Shown piece after piece: positions 62,762 through 64,000 of a stretch of 64,000 nt of DNA. The DNA is taken from the NCBI GenBank assembly GCA_964404925.1, contig CAYOLW010000001.1:2106-66105 (forward strand). The letters run 5' to 3'. A program made the position numbers and the translations under genes. The DNA is from an uncultured Candidatus Saccharibacteria bacterium. GTDB lineage: Bacteria; Patescibacteriota; Minisyncoccia; Phycocordibacterales; UBA9973. The notes under the pieces are model-generated. The model did no database searches and had not been told where the DNA came from. It saw only the letters and a program-made list of their open reading frames with translations. Position 1 is the stretch's first letter. The number at the start of each line of letters is the position of its first letter.

Positions 62762-63427
62762 ATGAAAACAAATAAGAAAGTTCTGATAGTTGGTGTTTTT
62801 GCTTTAGCGTTTGCCTTTACTGTTTCTCCTAGTTTAGTATCAGCAGATTTTTCTCAAATAAGCGGATCAAGCACTATGACAGTTGGCTCAAGAGGGGAAA
62901 ATGTTCGAAGCCTGCAGAAGTTTATTAGTTCTAATGTAGATATGTATCCTTCTGGTGTTCAAGATGGAAACTTTGGTCTACAAACTAAAAATGGTGTTAT
63001 CCAGTTTCAACTTGCATACAATCTAGCAGCCGACGGTATTGTTGGAACCAGTACTCGCAACAAGATAAATACTGTTATTACTGCTGGTAGGGGTATTGAT
63101 GTGTCTGGTCCTATGATAAATAATTTAGCGGTTACTATATCTGGCCGAAATGCTACTATATCATTTAATACTAATGAACCTGTGAAGACAACAGCCTTTT
63201 TCGATACTAACTCTATTAATTGGAGCAATTGGGATGATTCAGTTACATCACTTGCAATACCAGCAATATCTGGAATGCAAAACACTGATTCAAATTTTAG
63301 TACATCTAAGCAGATAGTTTTAACTAATCTTTCTGCAAATACAAACTATAATTATACAGTTACTGCAACTGACCCAAGTGGAAATATCTCAGTAGTGTGG
63401 CCAAAGGTGTTTAGAACAGCACAGTAA
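62762..63427 (+). CDS. Secreted protein with a peptidoglycan-binding (PG_binding_1-like) domain followed by an FN3-like domain.
   Basis: The signal peptide is VLIVGVFALAFAFTVSPSLVSA. The PG-binding pattern is VRSLQKFI...DGNFGLQTKNGVIQFQLAYNLAADGIVGTSTRNKI. Confidence 0.6.
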   Translation: MKTNKKVLIVGVFALAFAFTVSPSLVSADFSQISGSSTMTVGSRGENVRSLQKFISSNVDMYPSGVQDGNFGLQTKNGVIQFQLAYNLAADGIVGTSTRNKINTVITAGRGIDVSGPMINNLAVTISGRNATISFNTNEPVKTTAFFDTNSINWSNWDDSVTSLAIPAISGMQNTDSNFSTSKQIVLTNLSANTNYNYTVTATDPSGNISVVWPKVFRTAQ

Positions 63428-63434
63428 AGTGTTA

Positions 63435-63480
63435 AGCCATAAATAAAAAACCACTTTAAAAGTGGTTTTTTATTTATGGC
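63435..63480. terminator. 46-bp perfect palindrome between convergent genes, acting as a bidirectional terminator.
   Basis: The arms gccataaataaaaaaccactttt and aaaagtggttttttatttatggc are exact reverse complements of each other. Confidence 0.7.
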
Positions 63481-63989
63481 TTATAAAGCAACTTTAGCTT
63501 TTCGAGCCCACGATGTAATTGTACTGCTAAATAGTTTTTTGAGTGGCCAGTAATAAGTGACATTTCTTCAAGAGATAAATCTTGTACATGCCGCATTCGC
63601 ATAATCTTGCGGTACGCTATTGGTAATTTACTGATTAATAAAACAGCAGCTTTGCCATCTAAAATATGTAACATTCTATTAGAAGTGTTTTCGCTCGGCT
63701 CAAACCCTTTTTCTAGCAAAGAGTCCAAAGATACTGCCTTATGTTTTCTATACTGATCAATTATCAGAGCATTTAATACGTGAAATAGAAATGATTTCAT
63801 CGTTTCTATTTTTCCAACTTTTACCAAGTATTTCCATGTTTTAAGGAAGGTATCTTGAACTAAATCATCACTTACTGCATGATCGCCAGTTTTAAAAAAT
63901 GCTCGGGCATTCAGGCCTCTCCCATAGTCCTTGTGTGCTAGAGATATTATGGCTTGCCGCAAGATTCTTTGTTTTGGAGTCATGGTCAT
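63474..63989 (-). CDS. ECF-type RNA polymerase sigma-70 family factor.
   Basis: Region 2 is DLVQDTFLKTWKYL...IIDQYRK. Region 4 is YRKIMRMRHVQDLSLEEMSLITGHSKNYLAVQLHRGLEKLK. Confidence 0.75.
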   Translation of the reverse strand: MTMTPKQRILRQAIISLAHKDYGRGLNARAFFKTGDHAVSDDLVQDTFLKTWKYLVKVGKIETMKSFLFHVLNALIIDQYRKHKAVSLDSLLEKGFEPSENTSNRMLHILDGKAAVLLISKLPIAYRKIMRMRHVQDLSLEEMSLITGHSKNYLAVQLHRGLEKLKLLYKP

Positions 63990-64000
63990 GTGATTAAGCC

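Noticed and set aside
1-64000. A CRISPR array, prophage or IS element.
   Set aside because: No short direct repeats with unique spacers occur; the only tandem repeat is 174 bp and coding. No integrase, transposase, terminase or capsid genes were recognised.

Overview
This is a low-GC, gene-dense bacterial chromosomal window that contains the replication origin: rpmH-rnpA-yidD-yidC-jag on the minus strand, diverging from dnaA-dnaN on the plus strand, with DnaA-box clusters between them. Compact gene sizes, a short holA-like gene and a short uvrC, and few Shine-Dalgarno signals suggest a reduced-genome, possibly Patescibacteria/CPR-like organism; that is inference only. The window has four modules. 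(1) A ~19-kb block of co-directional genes (6343..24442) encodes secreted or anchored giant proteins, a VirB6/TcpH-like polytopic protein, a split VirB4 ATPase and an anchored LAS/M15-type peptidoglycan peptidase. It has no relaxase or coupling protein, so it is an orphan T4SS-like envelope machine with surface adhesins, and it is the most likely undescribed system here. (2) DNA repair and replication genes (uvrD, ruvC-ruvB, polA, uvrB-uvrA-uvrC, fpg, ruvA) carry a family of short GC-rich palindromic insertions that sit in frame inside polA, uvrA and uvrC. (3) A copper homeostasis operon (csoR-DUF305-copA-HMA/DsbD_2-cupredoxin-like) has a perfect CsoR operator palindrome in its promoter. (4) Housekeeping genes include rsmA, PBP1A, LOG, an orphan pilB, rpsT, rluB, trmH-like, ALS-like and ALDH genes, and an ECF sigma factor. 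RNA genes are tRNA-Lys(UUU) and tRNA-Arg(GCG). A ~104-nt structured element occurs twice with compensatory stem changes (5432..5536 and 42573..42675), each filling an intergenic gap just upstream of a start codon. A promoter-to-terminator unit of ~280 nt with no ORF (33878..34160) is a candidate sRNA.
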